A stretch of 64,000 bases of DNA from Guillardia theta CCMP2712 (Eukaryota; Protista; Cryptophyta), in contig NW_005434609.1 of NCBI RefSeq assembly GCF_000315625.1, positions 62,001-126,000 of the forward strand, given 5' to 3'. The notes under the pieces are model-generated. The model did not search any database and was not told the DNA's origin. It was given only the letters and a program-made list of their open reading frames with translations. Both the position numbers and the translations under genes were made by a program. Within the stretch, counting starts at the first letter, position 1; each line of letters starts with the position of its first letter. Shown here piece by piece: positions 61,278-64,000 of this stretch.

Positions 61278-62836
61278 ATGACGGGCTCCGACTCCGCGCG
61301 CCCTCTCGCTTCCCCCGCTCTCCTCACCCTCCTCCTTGGGCTGCTGCTGCTGCTGCTGCTACAAGAAGCTGAAGGTGCGGATGCCATTCCCTACACCCAG
61401 TGTAGGACGCAAGCCAACTGCAAGGACCAGTGTAGGACGCAAGCCAACTGCAAGGACAAAAACTTCCCCATCTGCAAGTACCTCTGAACGATGAGAGCCT
61501 GACTCCTTCATCTTCAACTCCAGCAGCCTTCGAGTACATCGGCGTGTGTGTTCAGTGCGAGAGTGACTGTGACTGTGACTTGGACGAGTACTGCGCGAAT
61601 GACTTCACCCTCTCCAAGCTTGCGTATGCTTTCAGCAACCCCGGCGCGAAGTATGATGAAGAGTCTCAAGCACGAGTGAGGATGTATTACGATGTCTACA
61701 AGGATCTCAAAGTCAAGAGCATCTGCAAGAAACGAGAGCTTCCGGCTGACCAAGAGCTTTGCAGCACCTCCGATCTCATTCGTCAGGATGTAATATCCTA
61801 CACATACAAGTGAGGGCTCCTGCTGGATCTGAGTGTTGAAAGACTTACCCCTGCATCTCGTCAGAGATCAGGTCTACACCAGCTACTTTGAAAGAGATTT
61901 TTATCCATACCGCGAGTACATGATACATGAGACCAACTCAAAACGCTTCTGCGGCAGATTCGACTCAGCTGCCTTCCAGCAGAGTCAGGAGCTCCCGTGC
62001 AAGAACGATGGGTGAAACTCGCTCCCCGTCTTGATTTCCTTCTGACGCCCCTCGGGGTCCGAGCTCAGCACTGCCACGTGCGCCGAGGCGTCCTTGCCCA
62101 TCGGAGCCTTCTACAAGACAGCGTCTGTCTGCATCCCGGTACTTGCCAGCTGACAGTGCGCGAATACAGAGGTGACGGGTATGGATGAATAGCAATTGGA
62201 GAGTAAGTACTTCCAGTCCGTTCAAACCTGCACAGCGGATGGCATGTGGTTGTCAGGCGGAGGGTACTGACAGTATTTCCGAGAGAGTGCGCTGACGCAT
62301 GAAACCTTGACAGCTTCGACTTCTTGACGCATGTGATCGAGTGGCAGGGCTACTGTCAGCAGGGCAAGTGCATGGAGTGAGTGCTAGAGGAGACTGACAG
62401 CTGATAGCGAGCTGAGGGTCTGCGGCAGGTGTCTTCATGGAGAACAAGCTTGCAGATCTTACAGTGCAGAAGGCCGGGGAGTTTTTCAGCGAATATGTGT
62501 AAACGGCAAGGTGTTTAACTTGGAATCATGGCATCAGAAGGGCTGACGTGAACGATGATAGTGGAGGCCATATCCCAATGGAGCAGGTTACGAGAACAGC
62601 TACAGTATGGTGAAGTACAACATCCAGCTGCAAACCCAGGTACGGTACTCCACCGCAGACCGTACAACCCAGTGACAGTTGTGCTGCGGCTGCAGATCGC
62701 AATCACTCTCTTCTCAGCATTGTGCTTCCTAGTGGCTGTGGTTTGCGCTTTGCTCTTGATGCGAAGGCCTCGTGCTGTTGTACCAGGCAGTGGATCGGCT
62801 CTGTCTAAGCTGCCGGGAGCTACTGAGGAGCCCTAG
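61278..62836 (+). CDS. Cys-rich type I membrane/surface protein, multi-exon
   Basis: Signal peptide LLTLLLGLLLLLLLQEAEG; CRTQANC twice, CVQCESDCDCDLDEYC; C-terminal TM IAITLFSALCFLVAVVCALLLMRR. First intron phase unresolved. Confidence 0.62.
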
Positions 62837-62998
62837 CAAACTTGAAACCGGGTCACTCAGCGGGGCGGCCGCTACTCGGAATGATTCCTGACTTTGAACG
62901 GCCGCGCCAGCACCGAGTCAGTCATTCAGTAAACGGTTCAATACGTGACAACTCCTTTGCGGCTCAAACTTGTCACCGTTTTTCTAGATAATCCTTTA

Positions 62999-63117
62999 TT
63001 TACTCAAAGTTAAGTTAAAAATCAGTACGAGGACAATCAGGAGAGTCGAGGAGGCTTGACCCTGACACTGTCGCACAGGCCAAACGGCGAGAAGAGAAAA
63101 GACAGCGAGAACCAAAC
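62999..63117 (-). mobile_element. Solo 3'-terminal copy (119 bp) of the retrotransposon
   Basis: Identical to 54939-55057. Confidence 0.92.
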
Positions 63118-63504
63118 AGCCTGAGTTTGTATCATAGTATGCATGCCGGGACGCGCCGCGCCGGCGCCGCGCCGCGCCGGCCCGGGGCCCACGGTGGCAC
63201 GGCGGGCCACCCGGGCCGGTCCCGCGACCGGGCCTAGTGGCCTGAATCGGCTTTAGGGCTGCGAGATATGGTGTAGCCTCACTACTTGCCGAGGGAGCGA
63301 GCGAGGGATAGAGCGAGGAAGCGAGGGAGCGAGCGAGGGATAGAAGAAGGACGGAGGTAGGGAGAGAAGGACACAAGAAGGGAGGGAGGGTAGTGAGAGA
63401 AAAGGCATATGCAAACAAGTGGTTTGCCAAAAAGTTGCATGGAGCAAACTTGTGTTGCCTTCGTTGTTGGAATGATTCGAAGATTCTAATTTTTTTTAAC
63501 TGCA

Positions 63505-64000
63505 GGAGGAGGAGAAGGATGTGGAAATTCCGAGGCAAGGAGAAGCAAGCATCGGTGAAGGAGGAGAAGAAGGTTGAGATCCCAGCAGAGAAAGAGAAGC
63601 CTGTGAAACAGACAGCAGCGAATGTCAGTCTCCTCTTGATGACGACAACCTCTCGCATGCTCACATGTCTCTCTAGGCCCCTGAAGCTGCGCCAGAAGAA
63701 ATCCCGAAGCCATTGCCGCCTGGTTGGCAGGTGGCAGTGGACCCCAAGTCAGGTCAGTCTGGCGCTGGGGGATGGAGAGGGTTGGTAAAGGATGCTGCTG
63801 CAGGCAAGCAATACTTCTACAACAAGAAGTTGAAGATCAGCCAGTGGGACCGGCCGTGCGAACAAGATGCAGAGATTCAGCCTCCTCCTCCTATCCCATC
63901 CAAGGCAGAGTTGAGGTGATGATGATGAACATAGCCGTGGGTGTTGAAGGATGATGACATTGACAGTGAGCAAGAGTTGAAGGTTCATCAAGTAGTGGAT
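63505..64000 (+). CDS. WW-domain protein, partial
   Basis: PLPPGWQVAVDPKSG / KQYFYNKKLKISQWDRP across an intron. Confidence 0.72.

Noticed and set aside
62996-63664. 222-aa ORF sharing its C-terminus with ORF 54873-55103
   Set aside because: The shared part is the 119-bp retroelement tail; the rest is antisense to the WW gene or low complexity.

Overview
Eukaryotic nuclear DNA from an intron-dense microalga/protist. It has many ~40-60 nt GT-AG introns with CTGAC branch sites, microsatellite-filled longer introns, and two 100-N gaps. The style and gene content suggest a cryptophyte such as Guillardia theta (inference). About 17 protein genes are supported: ABCB/P-glycoprotein, HAD 5'-nucleotidase, Sec14-GOLD, PAS-cyclase, CFAP53, GNAT, exportin-5-like, esterase-PH-patatin fusion, USP47/40-like DUB, NmrA-like, BUD23, two inverted PB1 ORFs, an EF-hand type II membrane protein, a Zn2Cys6 factor, a Cys-rich membrane protein and a WW protein. 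Three observations stand out. (1) Three unrelated proteins with cytosol/nucleus-type mature domains begin with a signal peptide followed by a ubiquitin-tail mimic (RLRGG, LRLRGG, LALRGG), a candidate deubiquitinase-cleaved presequence for complex-plastid targeting. (2) A 5'-truncated, frameshifted CRE/SLACS-like RT-RLE retrotransposon with a candidate 7-bp target-site duplication has about ten scattered copies of its 3' terminus, all intergenic. (3) Those copies sit in or near GC-rich palindromic intergenic islands that share an 11-mer motif, are bordered by GGGT-rich and GA-rich zones, and appear to grow by small GC-rich insertions. Exon boundaries were read by eye and are approximate.
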